NCBI RefSeq assembly: GCF_000247565.1
Contig: NC_016893.1
Location: 660,001 to 692,000 of the forward strand
From: Wigglesworthia glossinidia endosymbiont of Glossina morsitans morsitans (Yale colony)
Lineage (GTDB): Bacteria; Pseudomonadota; Gammaproteobacteria; Enterobacterales; Enterobacteriaceae
Reading direction: 5' to 3'
DNA: 32,000 nt
Shown here in pieces: positions 1 to 10,532 of the stretch (positions are counted from its first letter, which is position 1; the number at the start of each line of letters is the position of its first letter). The position numbers were made by a program, and so were the translations under genes. The notes below the pieces were generated by a model that saw nothing but the letters and a program-made list of their open reading frames with translations, did no database searches and had not been told where the DNA came from.

Positions 1-2270
1 ATCCACACATGGTAGTACCACTTTTTGTAGGAAGAGAGAAATCGATTCGTTGCCTCGAAATTTCTATGGAAAGAGATAAAAAAATTATGTTAATTGCGCA
101 GAAAGAAGCTTCAAAAGATGAACCGAACATTGACGATCTTTTCTTGGTTGGTACTATTTCTTCTGTACTTCAAATGCTTAAACTACCTGATGGAACCGTA
201 AAAGTACTAGTAGAAGGATTATCTCGAGCGAGTATTATTAATTTAAAAGATAATGGAGATTATTTTTCTGCAGAAATAAATTATTTTGTGATTACTGTTT
301 CAGATAGTCGAGAACAAGAAGTATTAGTACGAGCTGCAATTAATCAGTTTGAAAATTACATTAAGTTAAATAAAAAAATTCCGCCTGAAGTTTTAACTTC
401 GCTAAATAACATTAACGATCCAGCAAGATTAGCAGATACTATTGCCGCTCATATGCCATTAAAACTATCAGGAAAACAAACCGTATTAGAAATGACTAGT
501 ATTACAGAAAGACTAGAATATCTTATGGCTATGATGGAATCAGAAATAGATTTATTGCAGATAGAAAAAAGAATTCGTAATCGAGTAAAAAAACAAATGG
601 AGAAAAGTCAAAGAGAATATTATCTTAATGAACAAATGAAAGCTATACAAAAAGAACTAGGAGAAATAGAAGATACTCCAGATGAACATGAATCTTTAAG
701 ATTAAAAATTAAATCAGCTAAAATGCCTAAAGAAGCTTTACAAAAAACAGAATCTGAATTAAAAAAATTAAAAATGATGTCTCCAATGTCAGCGGAAGCC
801 ACAGTGGTACGCGGATATATTGATTGGATGTTATCTATACCTTGGAATACTCGTAGTAAAGTGAAAAAAAATTTAGTTATCGCTCAAAATACTCTTGACG
901 AAGATCATTATGGATTAAAAAGAGTAAAAGATCGTATATTAGAATACTTAGCAGTGCAAAGTAGAATTTCAAAAATAAAAGGACCTATTTTATGTTTAAT
1001 GGGACCTCCAGGAGTAGGAAAAACTTCCTTAGGAAAATCTATTGCAAGAGCTACAGGAAGAAAATATATCCGTATGGCATTAGGCGGCATTCGTGATGAA
1101 GCAGAAATTCGCGGGCATCGAAGAACTTATATCGGCTCTATGCCAGGAAAAATTATTCAAAAAATGTCTAAAGTTGGAGTAAAAAATCCTTTATTTTTAT
1201 TAGATGAAATTGATAAAATTTCTACAGATATGCGAGGAGATCCAGCTTCAGCATTATTAGAAGTTTTAGATCCAGAACAAAATGTTGCATTCAATGATCA
1301 TTACTTAGAAGTAGATTATGATTTGTCAGATGTGATGTTTGTTGCCACATCTAATTCTATGCGTATTCCAGCAGCATTATTAGATCGTATGGAAGTAATT
1401 CGATTGTCTAGTTATACTGAAGATGAAAAACTAAATATTGCAAGAAAACATTTATTACCAAAACAAGTGCACCGTAATGCTCTTAAAAAAAATGAGTTGT
1501 GCATCGAAGATAATGCGCTTATGGGAATTATTCAATACTATACTAGAGAAGCAGGTGTAAGAAATTTAGAAAGAGAAATTTCTAAATTATGTCGAAAATC
1601 TGTTAAAATGATTTTAATGGATAAAGATATTAGTAGAATTCATATAAATAAAAAAAATTTAAAAAAATTTCTTGGAGTAAAACGATTTGATTATGGAAAA
1701 GCTGAAGAAAAAAATAGAATTGGTCAAGTTGTAGGGTTAGCTTGGACAGAAGTTGGCGGTGATTTATTAACAATAGAAACTGCTTGTGTTTCTGGAAAAG
1801 GAAAACTGACTTATACTGGATCTTTAGGAGAGGTTATGCAAGAATCTATTCAAGCAGCACTGACAGTAGTACGTGCTAGAGCAAATAAACTAGGTATAAA
1901 ACCAGACTTTTATGAAAAGCACGATATTCATGTGCACGTTCCAGAAGGCGCTACTCCCAAAGATGGTCCAAGTGCAGGAATAGCAATGTGTACTGCATTA
2001 GTATCTTGTTTAACGAGCAATCCTGTTAGCTCCCATATAGCCATGACTGGAGAAATTACTTTAAGAGGTCACGTATTACCCATTGGGGGTTTAAAAGAAA
2101 AATTACTTGCAGCACGAAGAGGCGGAATTAAAACAGTTTTAATTCCATATGAAAATAAACGTAATTTAGAAAATATGCCGGAAAGTATTATTAAAGAACT
2201 AAATATTTATCCAGTACAAAATATAGATGAGGTATGGAAGTTATCTTTAGAAAAGATTCCAAATTACTAA
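1..2270 (+). CDS. lon: ATP-dependent Lon protease (5' end cut off by the window)
   Basis: The frame of ORF 9..2270 stays open to the window edge (codons at 3-8 read P-H before the M). PHMVVPLFVGREKSIRCLE aligns to about residue 30 of E. coli Lon. Walker A GPPGVGKTS is present, as are the catalytic Ser context PKDGPSAGIAM and the Lys in GGLKEKLLAA. Confidence 0.97.
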   Translation, partial: PHMVVPLFVGREKSIRCLEISMERDKKIMLIAQKEASKDEPNIDDLFLVGTISSVLQMLKLPDGTVKVLVEGLSRASIINLKDNGDYFSAEINYFVITVSDSREQEVLVRAAINQFENYIKLNKKIPPEVLTSLNNINDPARLADTIAAHMPLKLSGKQTVLEMTSITERLEYLMAMMESEIDLLQIEKRIRNRVKKQMEKSQREYYLNEQMKAIQKELGEIEDTPDEHESLRLKIKSAKMPKEALQKTESELKKLKMMSPMSAEATVVRGYIDWMLSIPWNTRSKVKKNLVIAQNTLDEDHYGLKRVKDRILEYLAVQSRISKIKGPILCLMGPPGVGKTSLGKSIARATGRKYIRMALGGIRDEAEIRGHRRTYIGSMPGKIIQKMSKVGVKNPLFLLDEIDKISTDMRGDPASALLEVLDPEQNVAFNDHYLEVDYDLSDVMFVATSNSMRIPAALLDRMEVIRLSSYTEDEKLNIARKHLLPKQVHRNALKKNELCIEDNALMGIIQYYTREAGVRNLEREISKLCRKSVKMILMDKDISRIHINKKNLKKFLGVKRFDYGKAEEKNRIGQVVGLAWTEVGGDLLTIETACVSGKGKLTYTGSLGEVMQESIQAALTVVRARANKLGIKPDFYEKHDIHVHVPEGATPKDGPSAGIAMCTALVSCLTSNPVSSHIAMTGEITLRGHVLPIGGLKEKLLAARRGGIKTVLIPYENKRNLENMPESIIKELNIYPVQNIDEVWKLSLEKIPNY

Positions 2271-2376
2271 TTTAGTCTAATTTTTTAAAAAAATTATTAA
2301 TAAAATTTTTTAGGCATTTTTAAATAAAATTTAAAACTTGTATACACTTAAAACTTGTTAATATTATAATGTAGTA

Positions 2377-4242
2377 ATGAAAAAAAAAATTTTTTTAAAA
2401 TCAAAAAAAATTATTTCTCATACTATTTTAATTTGTATTATTTTATCTCTTTTATTAACCGGAATAGGAGCATATTTAATAAATGAAAATTATGCAATAA
2501 AAATAGGAAACGAAAAAATTCCGTACAAAAAAATTCAGCAAATTATGATGGATCTATATGCTAATCAAAAAAACTTAGATACTACTAAATCCGACTCTTT
2601 CTATTTAAAAAATGAAGCGATATTAAAAATAATTAATCATACCTTATTAAAGCAATATGCAAAAAATATTCATTTGATTATATCAGATCAAAAAATAAAA
2701 AATACAATACAGTCTCTATCTTTTTTTAATTCTGAAGAAAAATTTAATTTAGAGAAATTAAAAATTACGTTAAATAATTCTGGATTAACATTGAAAGAGT
2801 TCATTAACGAAATACACGATCATCTATTAGTAGAAGAACTAATAAAAAATATTAATCTTACATCTTTTTTTCTTCCATATGAAATTGATCAAGTTTTATT
2901 TAATACTTTTCAAGAACGTTACGTAAGAATTATAACATATAACAAATATAAATTAATTGATCAACAGCATGTTTCTGAAGCTGATATTTATGCAGAATAT
3001 AAATTAAATCAAAAAAAATATGAATTACCAGAAAAATTTAATATGGATTATATTCTAATAAATTTAGAAAACATAAACAATAATATTGTTGTTGATACAA
3101 GTGAAGTGGAGAAATGGTACAAAAAAAATATTGAAATGTTTACTTTGCCAGAACAAAAAAGATATAGTGTGATTCAAACACATACAAAAGAAGAAGCGGA
3201 GTACTGTTTGCAACAAATTGAAGCCGGAGAAGATTTCTCTAAAATTGCACGACAAAGATCTAAAGATATTTTTTCCTCTTTAAATTCAGGAGATCTCGGA
3301 TGGATATCTGATGATATTTTTATAGAAGAAATTCACTTAGCTGATTTAAAAAATAAAAATGAAATATCTAAAATTATCAAATCTCCTTCTTCTGGATACC
3401 TAATTATTAAATTAGTGGATATAAAATTTAAAAATATACAAAATTTACAATCAGTATACAGTATTGTTGAAAAGCGAATCAAATCTGATAAATCTAAAAA
3501 CATGTTTAAGCGTCATAAAGAAAATATAGAAAATTTAATAAATAATAATTCATTGAATTTAATTGATCTTGCTTCTCATTTACATATTAATACAAATAAA
3601 ACTGGGTTGTTAAAGATTGAAAAGATATCAAATTTTTTACTAAAACAGTTAAATTTGAGCAAATCTGATTTTTTTAATCATATAAATTTGAATTCATGCG
3701 ATAATCTTTTACAGAAAAACCAGTTATATAGTGACGATAAAAATATTTTAATTTTTTGCGTAAAAAATTCTCAATCTAAATATACACAACCTTTAAATGA
3801 AATAAAAGATAAAATTATAAAAGAAATAAAAAATAAAAAATTTATGTTACAAACGCGAATAAATCTTGAAAAGATAATAACTGAACTAAATTCTAAAAAT
3901 TCATCAGAAGCGATTAATCAATTAAAAAATACGGGTTTAATCATTTCTGAAATTAAAAAAGTGAGTATATTTGATGAAAATTACGAAGATATTTTTAAAA
4001 AGTTTGTGTTTAATATGCCAGAACCTTCAAAAGAAAATATAACATTCAAAATTTTTAATAATAATGATAAAATTTTTTTAGTCGCTTTAGAAAAAATATC
4101 TTTTAAAAAAGCAAATAATCTAGAAAAAAATATATTAATTAATCAATGGAAAGAACAAATAATTTCATTAAATTTAGAAGCATTATTAGTTAATTTACGT
4201 AATTCTACAAAGATAAAATCTAAAATTTTAGAAAAATACTAA
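2377..4242 (+). CDS. ppiD: Periplasmic chaperone / peptidyl-prolyl isomerase PpiD (highly diverged)
   Basis: A 621-aa ORF immediately downstream of lon, in the same neighbourhood as E. coli. It has an N-terminal membrane anchor (ILICIILSLLLTGIGAYLI) and a parvulin-like segment (SGDLGWISDD). Its length is close to E. coli PpiD. Confidence 0.85.
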   Translation: MKKKIFLKSKKIISHTILICIILSLLLTGIGAYLINENYAIKIGNEKIPYKKIQQIMMDLYANQKNLDTTKSDSFYLKNEAILKIINHTLLKQYAKNIHLIISDQKIKNTIQSLSFFNSEEKFNLEKLKITLNNSGLTLKEFINEIHDHLLVEELIKNINLTSFFLPYEIDQVLFNTFQERYVRIITYNKYKLIDQQHVSEADIYAEYKLNQKKYELPEKFNMDYILINLENINNNIVVDTSEVEKWYKKNIEMFTLPEQKRYSVIQTHTKEEAEYCLQQIEAGEDFSKIARQRSKDIFSSLNSGDLGWISDDIFIEEIHLADLKNKNEISKIIKSPSSGYLIIKLVDIKFKNIQNLQSVYSIVEKRIKSDKSKNMFKRHKENIENLINNNSLNLIDLASHLHINTNKTGLLKIEKISNFLLKQLNLSKSDFFNHINLNSCDNLLQKNQLYSDDKNILIFCVKNSQSKYTQPLNEIKDKIIKEIKNKKFMLQTRINLEKIITELNSKNSSEAINQLKNTGLIISEIKKVSIFDENYEDIFKKFVFNMPEPSKENITFKIFNNNDKIFLVALEKISFKKANNLEKNILINQWKEQIISLNLEALLVNLRNSTKIKSKILEKY

Positions 4243-4245
4243 AAA

Positions 4246-5121
4246 TTAACTATATTCTTTTTTATAATCTACTGCAATAAATAAGCTAATTATCGTAATC
4301 ATAACAATAGAAAACAAAAAAATTTTTTTTCCCCAAACTATATTAAAATTCATTTCTTCAGATTTAAAACCTTGCAACGCAATAAACAACCAAATAATAT
4401 TTAAAATTATAGAAATTGTTAAATATTTATATCCTGCATACTGTTTAATGAACAATATAATTGTTGAAACAAAAAATAAAAAAATATAAAAAATAATATT
4501 TAATTTTGTTTTAAAAATTCCTTTTTTAATTGGAAAAATAGGAATAGATGCAGCTTGATAATCTTGATATCTAAAAATCGCAATTGCATAAGAATGTGGT
4601 ATTTGCCAAAATCCGAAAATACATAATAAAATTAATGCTCCTAAATCAATATAATTAGTTACTGCACAATATCCAATCATTGGAGGGGTTGCTCCAGATA
4701 GACTTCCAACTAAAATAGCATGTATAGAATATCGTTTCATTAATATACTATAAATTACTACGTAGATAAAAAAACCAAATACTGCAATCATTAAAGTTAA
4801 AAGATTAATTTTAAATAAAAAAAATATCCCAAAAAATAACAAAATATATCCATACAAACATGCAGGTTTAGGTTGAATTAATCCACGTGCTAATGCTCTA
4901 TGTTTAGTACGTTGCATTTTTTTATCTATGTCTCGATCTATATAATTATTAAGCACTGATGCTGATGCAATTATGAAAGATGTACCAAGTAAAGTATTAA
5001 ATAATAGAAAAAAATTAATTTCTCCTTGAGATGCAAGAAAAAAACAACCAGTCGTAGAAATAAGATTTCCTAAAATTATTCCTGGTTTTATAATTTGAAA
5101 ATAACTTGTTAATATATACAT
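4246..5121 (-). CDS. cyoE: Protoheme IX farnesyltransferase (heme O synthase)
   Basis: The 291-aa polytopic membrane protein aligns along its whole length with E. coli CyoE (KPGIILGNLIS, NNYIDRDIDKKMQRTKHR, GATPPMIGYCAV, WQIPHSYAIAIFRYQDYQAA). It is the last gene of the cyo cluster. Confidence 0.95.
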   Translation of the reverse strand: MYILTSYFQIIKPGIILGNLISTTGCFFLASQGEINFFLLFNTLLGTSFIIASASVLNNYIDRDIDKKMQRTKHRALARGLIQPKPACLYGYILLFFGIFFLFKINLLTLMIAVFGFFIYVVIYSILMKRYSIHAILVGSLSGATPPMIGYCAVTNYIDLGALILLCIFGFWQIPHSYAIAIFRYQDYQAASIPIFPIKKGIFKTKLNIIFYIFLFFVSTIILFIKQYAGYKYLTISIILNIIWLFIALQGFKSEEMNFNIVWGKKIFLFSIVMITIISLFIAVDYKKEYS

Positions 5122-5148
5122 TTAGTTTTTCAAAAATATTTTATAAAT

Positions 5149-5451
5149 TCACATAAAATTTTCATGCAAATGAGACATAATCCAATAAGATCCAAAAACT
5201 AAAATAAAAACAATTAAAATAGTAAATAATAAAGAAATTAATTTCCAGTTAATTTTTTCTGTATTATAAATATGTAAAAAACAAATTAATTGCACTATAG
5301 ATTGCAATATAGCACTAGATATTATGATTAAGAAAATAAAATTTTTATCAATATAATTTTTTTTTATTATTGCTAGGAAAGAAACTAATGTGAAAAAACA
5401 AGAAAGTAAAGATCCTATGATATATAACTTTTTTTTGCATAAAATTGTCAT
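5149..5451 (-). CDS. cyoD: Cytochrome bo3 ubiquinol oxidase subunit IV
   Basis: A 100-aa, three-helix hydrophobic protein sitting between cyoC and cyoE. Its ATG overlaps the cyoC TGA by 4 nt (ATGA), and an AGGAG lies 7 nt upstream. Confidence 0.85.
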   Translation of the reverse strand: MTILCKKKLYIIGSLLSCFFTLVSFLAIIKKNYIDKNFIFLIIISSAILQSIVQLICFLHIYNTEKINWKLISLLFTILIVFILVFGSYWIMSHLHENFM

Positions 5452-6068
5452 ATAATTACTCCTAATAAATATACTATATTAAATACAAAAATCCAAATTA
5501 CGTCTAAAAAATGCCAAAATAAACTTAATAATTTTAAACGTGTCTTATATATGATGGTATATCCATTACGATAAGTTTGCATAATAAGAATTATCATCCA
5601 TAGTATCCCTGATACTACATGTATTCCATGAGTTCCAACAAGTGTAAAAAATATAGATAAAAATGCGCTTTTTTCTGGACCATAATTATGATGAATTAAT
5701 TGATAAAATTCTTGTAGCTCAAGAGCAACAAAAAATATTCCTAATAAAACAGTGATAAATAACCAAAAATTAATCCAATTTTTATTAGGTATTGATAGTG
5801 ATGCTATCCCGCAAGTAATACTGCTAGACAATAAAATTATTGTTTCTAAAAAAACCATATTTATTTCGAATATGTCTTTTCCTGAAGGACCTCCTGCAAT
5901 ATTATTTTTCAAAACAAAATAAGTGGCGAATAGAGTTGCAAATAAAATGCAATCACTCATTAAATATACCCAAAATCCCAGAATTTTTATTCTCTGGCTA
6001 TGTTCTTCACAATGCAACGGATTATGTTCATTTTGGGTTTTAGAACAGCAAAATGAATTAATTAACAT
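5448..6068 (-). CDS. cyoC: Cytochrome bo3 ubiquinol oxidase subunit III
   Basis: A 206-aa membrane protein at the CyoC position with CyoC-like motifs (LGFWVYLMSDCILFATLFATY, FFTLVGTHGIHV, WHFLDVIWIF). Confidence 0.95.
   Translation of the reverse strand: MLINSFCCSKTQNEHNPLHCEEHSQRIKILGFWVYLMSDCILFATLFATYFVLKNNIAGGPSGKDIFEINMVFLETIILLSSSITCGIASLSIPNKNWINFWLFITVLLGIFFVALELQEFYQLIHHNYGPEKSAFLSIFFTLVGTHGIHVVSGILWMIILIMQTYRNGYTIIYKTRLKLLSLFWHFLDVIWIFVFNIVYLLGVII
5459..5463 (-). promoter_or_regulatory. Shine-Dalgarno AGGAG of cyoD (inside the end of cyoC)
   Basis: The reverse complement reads AGGAGTAATTAT-ATG with a 7-nt spacer. Together with the ATGA stop/start overlap this suggests translational coupling. 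Confidence 0.5.
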
Positions 6069-6075
6069 GATTTAT

Positions 6076-6080
6076 TCCTT
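6076..6080 (-). promoter_or_regulatory. Shine-Dalgarno-like AAGGA of cyoC
   Basis: The reverse complement reads AAGGAATAAATC-ATG with a 7-nt spacer, located in the 20-nt cyoB-cyoC gap. Confidence 0.45.
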
Positions 6081-6088
6081 GTAATTTG

Positions 6089-8053
6089 CTACTTTATTGC
6101 TTTATTATTTTCGATATCATATATAGTTTTCACAGGAATATAATAATCTTTATTTTTTTGAAAACTATCGAATATCCATATCATTATTACTCCAAATATT
6201 CCAAAAATCGACATCCACCATATGTGCCATACCATAGCAAATCCAAATATTAAAGAAAAAATGGAAATAAAAATTCCAGAACTAGTATTTTTGGGCATAT
6301 GAATTGGATCATATGATATCTGATAATTTTTTTTGCTTTTTTCTTTTTTTATAAACCAAAATGCATCTCTAACATTGCATTCACTTGGAATAATTGCAAA
6401 ATTGTAAAGTGGAGGTGGTGATTTAGTAGACCATTCTAACGTTCTTCCATTCCAGGGATCACCTGTAATATCACGATATTTATGCTTGTTTTTTATGCTA
6501 ATTAATAATTGTATTATTTGGCAAATAATACCTAATGCAATCAATATAGTTCCTAATGCAGCAATAGATAAGGGTATATGAAATTCTGAATCAATGTTTT
6601 GACTTAAACGTCTTGTCATTCCCATAAATCCTAAAACGTAAAGAGGCATAAAAGCAATGTAAAAACCGATTATCCAAAACCAAAAGGCTCTCTTTCCCCA
6701 AGTTTCATTTAAAGTAAATCCGAAAGCTTTTGGAAACCAATATGTCATACCTGCAAAGCATCCAAATACCACTCCTCCTATAATAACATTATGAAAGTGA
6801 CCTATTAAAAATAAGCTATTATGTAGCACATAATCGGCTCCTGGTACTGATAATAAGACTCCGGTCATGCCTCCAATGGAAAATGTAATTATAAATCCTA
6901 TTGTCCATAACATGGATGAGTGAAATTTTATTTTGCCTTTATAAATTGTAAAAATCCAATTAAATACTTTTACGCCTGTAGGAATAGCAATAATCATTGT
7001 CATAATTCCAAAGAATGAATTTACATCGGACCCAGATCCCATAGTAAAAAAATGATGTAACCATACACAAAAAGAAAGTAATGTAATTGCAATTGTAGCC
7101 CAAACTAAAGAATTATATCCAAACAAGCTTTTTTTAGAAAAAGTAGATACAATTTCAGAAAAAATTCCAAAAACAGGTAGTACTAAAATGTATACTTCTG
7201 GATGGCCCCATGCCCAAAACAAATTAATATACATCATCATATTTCCACCCATATCGTTAGTAAAAAAATGAGTATTTAAATAACGATCTAAAGTGAGTAA
7301 AAATATTGTCACAGTTAAAATTGGAAAAGCAGCAATTATGAGAATGTTAGTGCAAAATGAAGTCCAAGTAAATACTGGCATTTTCATCATTGACATGTTA
7401 GGCGCTCTCATACGTAAAATTGTAACAAAAAAATTAATTCCTGTTAAAGTCGTACCAATTCCAGAAATTTGAATACTCCAGATCCAATAATCTACCCCAA
7501 CACCTGGACTGTATTGAATTTCTGATAACGGCGGATATGCTGTCCAGCCTGTTTGCGCAAACTCTCCTATACCTAGTGATAAATTAATAAGAACTACTCC
7601 GACCATAAATAACCAAAAACTTAAAGAATTTAAAAAAGGAAATGCAACATCTCTAGCACCAATTTGAAGAGGTACAATTAAATTCATTAATCCTACTATA
7701 AAAGGAGTAGCCATAAAAATAATCATAATCACACCATGAGCAGTTATAATTTGATCATAGTGATGAGGAGGTAAAAAACCTGATTGACCAGAAGAAACAA
7801 TTGCTTGATGGGCGCGCATCATAACTGCATCTGCAAATCCTCTGAACATCATAACAAACGCCATTATTATGTACATAATACCGATTTTTTTATGATCTAC
7901 TGAGGTTAACCATTCACTCCAAAGATATGTCCATTTTTTATGATAAGTAATTATGGAAATTAATCCTAAAATGACTAAAAAAATAATAAAAACTGTTACC
8001 ATTACGATGGGTTCTTGATAAGGAATTGAATTAAAATTTAATTTTCCCAACAT
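6089..8053 (-). CDS. cyoB: Cytochrome bo3 ubiquinol oxidase subunit I
   Basis: A 654-aa heme-copper oxidase subunit I with WFFGHPEVY-type motif ([14 protein letters not shown]), HHFFTMG, and HFHNVIIGG. Collinear with E. coli CyoB. Confidence 0.98.
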   Translation of the reverse strand: MLGKLNFNSIPYQEPIVMVTVFIIFLVILGLISIITYHKKWTYLWSEWLTSVDHKKIGIMYIIMAFVMMFRGFADAVMMRAHQAIVSSGQSGFLPPHHYDQIITAHGVIMIIFMATPFIVGLMNLIVPLQIGARDVAFPFLNSLSFWLFMVGVVLINLSLGIGEFAQTGWTAYPPLSEIQYSPGVGVDYWIWSIQISGIGTTLTGINFFVTILRMRAPNMSMMKMPVFTWTSFCTNILIIAAFPILTVTIFLLTLDRYLNTHFFTNDMGGNMMMYINLFWAWGHPEVYILVLPVFGIFSEIVSTFSKKSLFGYNSLVWATIAITLLSFCVWLHHFFTMGSGSDVNSFFGIMTMIIAIPTGVKVFNWIFTIYKGKIKFHSSMLWTIGFIITFSIGGMTGVLLSVPGADYVLHNSLFLIGHFHNVIIGGVVFGCFAGMTYWFPKAFGFTLNETWGKRAFWFWIIGFYIAFMPLYVLGFMGMTRRLSQNIDSEFHIPLSIAALGTILIALGIICQIIQLLISIKNKHKYRDITGDPWNGRTLEWSTKSPPPLYNFAIIPSECNVRDAFWFIKKEKSKKNYQISYDPIHMPKNTSSGIFISIFSLIFGFAMVWHIWWMSIFGIFGVIMIWIFDSFQKNKDYYIPVKTIYDIENNKAIK

Positions 8054-8095
8054 AATTTTTATCCTATATTAACTAATGTGTATAATTTTTTTGTT

Positions 8096-8965
8096 TTAAT
8101 TATAAATATTATGAGAATGTTTAAATTGATTGACTACATCATCAAATAAATTCGGTTTTACTCGAGAAAAATGTTCTATTGGATGATTAATACTAGGATG
8201 AGCAAGAATTTGATATTCTTGCATATTTTCAAGTTTTTTAGAAGACTTTTGAATGTTTTTTATCCAAGTATCAAATTCGTTTTTATCAGATAATGAAATA
8301 GCGATAAACTTCATTTCGGAAAAACCTGGCCCACTAAAATTGGCAGATATTCCTTTATATTTTCCTGTTTCATTAGATACAAGATGTAAAATTGAATTCA
8401 TTCCTGCCATAGCATAAATTTGTCCGCCTAATTGAGGAATGAAGAAAGAATTCATTACAGAACTAGAGGTAATATTAAATTTTATCGGGACATTTTTTGG
8501 AAATGCAATTTCGTTAACTGTGGCAATATTATAATCTGGATAAATAAAAAGCCATTTCCAATCTAGAGAAATTACTTGTATATTGAGGGTAGAATTTAAA
8601 GATTGAATTTCTTTTTTAGGATCTAAAGAATGCGTTGAGTTCCAAGTAATTGTTGCTAAAAAAATAATAGCAAATATTGGAACACCCCAAATTATATATT
8701 CAATTTTTTTAGAATGTTGCCAATTTGGTAAGTATATTGACCGTGTATTAGATTCACGATATTTAAAGACAAATACAATCGTCATGATAATTACTGGCAA
8801 TACTATGCCGAGCATAAGAAATATGGCGATTAATATAAGTTTTTTCTCTTCTAATCCAATCAATCCTTGAGGATTCATCAAAGTTATATTTTTACAGCTA
8901 TTTAAAAAAAATAAAATGCATACTAAAATAGTATTTTTTAATTTTTTTATGTTATTTTTTATCAT
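8096..8965 (-). CDS. cyoA: Cytochrome bo3 ubiquinol oxidase subunit II (lipoprotein)
   Basis: 289 aa with a lipobox-like FLNSC, two TM helices, and a conserved quinol-oxidase domain (VNEIAFPKNVPIKFNITSSSVMNSFFIPQLGGQIYAMAGM). It lacks the C-terminal His/Met-rich tail of E. coli CyoA. Confidence 0.95.
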   Translation of the reverse strand: MIKNNIKKLKNTILVCILFFLNSCKNITLMNPQGLIGLEEKKLILIAIFLMLGIVLPVIIMTIVFVFKYRESNTRSIYLPNWQHSKKIEYIIWGVPIFAIIFLATITWNSTHSLDPKKEIQSLNSTLNIQVISLDWKWLFIYPDYNIATVNEIAFPKNVPIKFNITSSSVMNSFFIPQLGGQIYAMAGMNSILHLVSNETGKYKGISANFSGPGFSEMKFIAISLSDKNEFDTWIKNIQKSSKKLENMQEYQILAHPSINHPIEHFSRVKPNLFDDVVNQFKHSHNIYN

Positions 8966-9300
8966 ATTTAAATAGCCTTTATAAAATTGTATCGTATATT
9001 ATATACTATCTGTAGTCAGAATAAATTTACATAAATTTTTTTATTCCATAAAAAAATTAATCTTATTTTTAAAATAATAAAATTTTCAAGCAAACAAACT
9101 AATTTGAGTTGAATAAATTATACACTATATTTTTTTATGAATTAATCCAGATATATATTATTTTTTATAAATTTGAAACATATATCTTATATTACTAAAA
9201 TAAATAAAATTTAGTAAAAGTTTTAATAATTATATATTAATTATAATAATTTTAGATAAATTTTATAAAAATTAATTTATTTTTTTTGAAAAATAATCTT

Positions 9301-10185
9301 ATGAAAATAACTATTTTAGGATGTGGTGTAATAGGAAAAATTTGGATCGCACATTTTATGAAAAAAAAATATTTCGTGCAAGGATGGTTGAAAAAAAATA
9401 AAAAATTTTTAAAATTTACATTAGTTTCTATTTTCAATGAATACAAAAAATATGAAATATATTCAAATGATGTTTATCACTTACAAAAAAGTGATATTTT
9501 GCTTGTAACTTTAAAAGCATGGCAAACCATACAAGCAATAAAAAAAGTTTTACCAAAATTAAAAAAAAATTGTGCTATTGTAATTATCCAAAATGGTATA
9601 GGAATTCAGGAACAATTAAAAAAAATCCAACAACCACTATTTTTTGGAATCACTACACATTCTGGATATTTAAAAAATCATATCACTTACCATACTCACT
9701 ATGGCGCTACGTATATTGGACCGGGCAATAAATCAAAGTATTTTTATAAATCAACTTTATTTATTTTAAACGATATATTGCCAAAAGTAATTTGGAAAAA
9801 AAATATTTTATATTTTATTTGGTTAAAATTAGCTGTTAATTGCGTGATTAATCCATTAAGTGTAATTTATAATTGTAAGAATGGAGACTTATTAAAATAT
9901 AAGTCAGATATATATATTCTATCATATGAAATAGCATTAATTATGCAACTAAATGGATTTTATATAGATAAAGATGTTTTATTCAAATATATTTTAGGTG
10001 TTATATATATAACAAAAAATAATGTTTCTTCTATGTTACAAGATTTCATTTTTAATAAAAAATCTGAAATTGATTATATTAACGGATATATTGTATATTC
10101 TAGTATGAAATTTGGAGTTCGAGTACCATATAACAAATATATTTTTGAACTTATTAAAGAAAAAGAAAAAATTTATTTAAAATAA
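9301..10185 (+). CDS. panE: 2-dehydropantoate 2-reductase (ketopantoate reductase)
   Basis: MKITILGCGVIGKIW aligns with the E. coli PanE N-terminus MKITVLGCGALGQLW. Also conserved are LLVTLKAWQ, KLAVNCVINPL, SSMLQD and EIDYINGY. The ORF-track start at 9286 is a TTG 5 codons upstream; the ATG at 9301 matches the ortholog N-terminus. Confidence 0.93.
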   Translation: MKITILGCGVIGKIWIAHFMKKKYFVQGWLKKNKKFLKFTLVSIFNEYKKYEIYSNDVYHLQKSDILLVTLKAWQTIQAIKKVLPKLKKNCAIVIIQNGIGIQEQLKKIQQPLFFGITTHSGYLKNHITYHTHYGATYIGPGNKSKYFYKSTLFILNDILPKVIWKKNILYFIWLKLAVNCVINPLSVIYNCKNGDLLKYKSDIYILSYEIALIMQLNGFYIDKDVLFKYILGVIYITKNNVSSMLQDFIFNKKSEIDYINGYIVYSSMKFGVRVPYNKYIFELIKEKEKIYLK

Positions 10186-10199
10186 TAATACTTATTTTT

Positions 10200-10532
10200 T
10201 TAAATAGAAACTGAAAATATTTTAATTTTTCTAAATCCTTTTTGGTATAAATATATCGCTTGTAGTCGACTCATCATTCCATAATTACAATATAATACAT
10301 AAGATTTATTTTTATCTAAATTTAAAAAATTTTTATGTATTTCAAAATAAGGAAAGTTACTGACAGAAATATCCTTTAATTTTAAAGGACGCTTGTTACT
10401 TTCCATTGAATCACGAATATCTAAAACAATATCTGACTTATTTAATTTTGTAAAATCATTAATTTCTTGAAAATATGGTATTTCAGCGATTAATTTAGAA
10501 TTTTTAACTTTTTTTATTTTTTTATTTTGCAT
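10200..10532 (-). CDS. thiI: Stand-alone rhodanese-domain protein derived from the C-terminus of ThiI (no THUMP or PP-loop ATPase part)
   Basis: The 110-aa ORF aligns to the last ~95 residues of E. coli ThiI. DIVLDIRDSMESNKRPLKLKDISVSNFPYFEIHKNFLNLDKNKSYVLYCNYGMMSRLQAIYLYQKGF corresponds to [67 protein letters not shown]. The active-site Cys is kept (LYCNYG). It sits between panE and ispA-dxs, where thiI lies in E. coli. Confidence 0.8.
   Translation of the reverse strand: MQNKKIKKVKNSKLIAEIPYFQEINDFTKLNKSDIVLDIRDSMESNKRPLKLKDISVSNFPYFEIHKNFLNLDKNKSYVLYCNYGMMSRLQAIYLYQKGFRKIKIFSVSI

Noticed and set aside
2331-2358. An 11-bp direct repeat, ttaaaacttgt, occurring twice (2331-2341 and 2348-2358) with nearby TTGTAT and TATAAT-like hexamers upstream of ppiD
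   Set aside because: The spacing of the hexamers does not give a canonical sigma-70 promoter with a sensible leader. TATAAT-like and TTGxxx strings occur throughout this AT-rich sequence, so I did not call promoters anywhere in the window.
9286-9300. The ORF-track starts for panE (TTG at 9286) and zapE (ATG at 15511)
   Set aside because: Ortholog N-termini align with the ATG at 9301 (MKITILGCG) for panE and with the ATG at 15592 for zapE, which is preceded by AGGAA. The longer extensions add non-homologous residues, and for zapE would shrink the divergent yhcB-zapE spacer to 50 nt.
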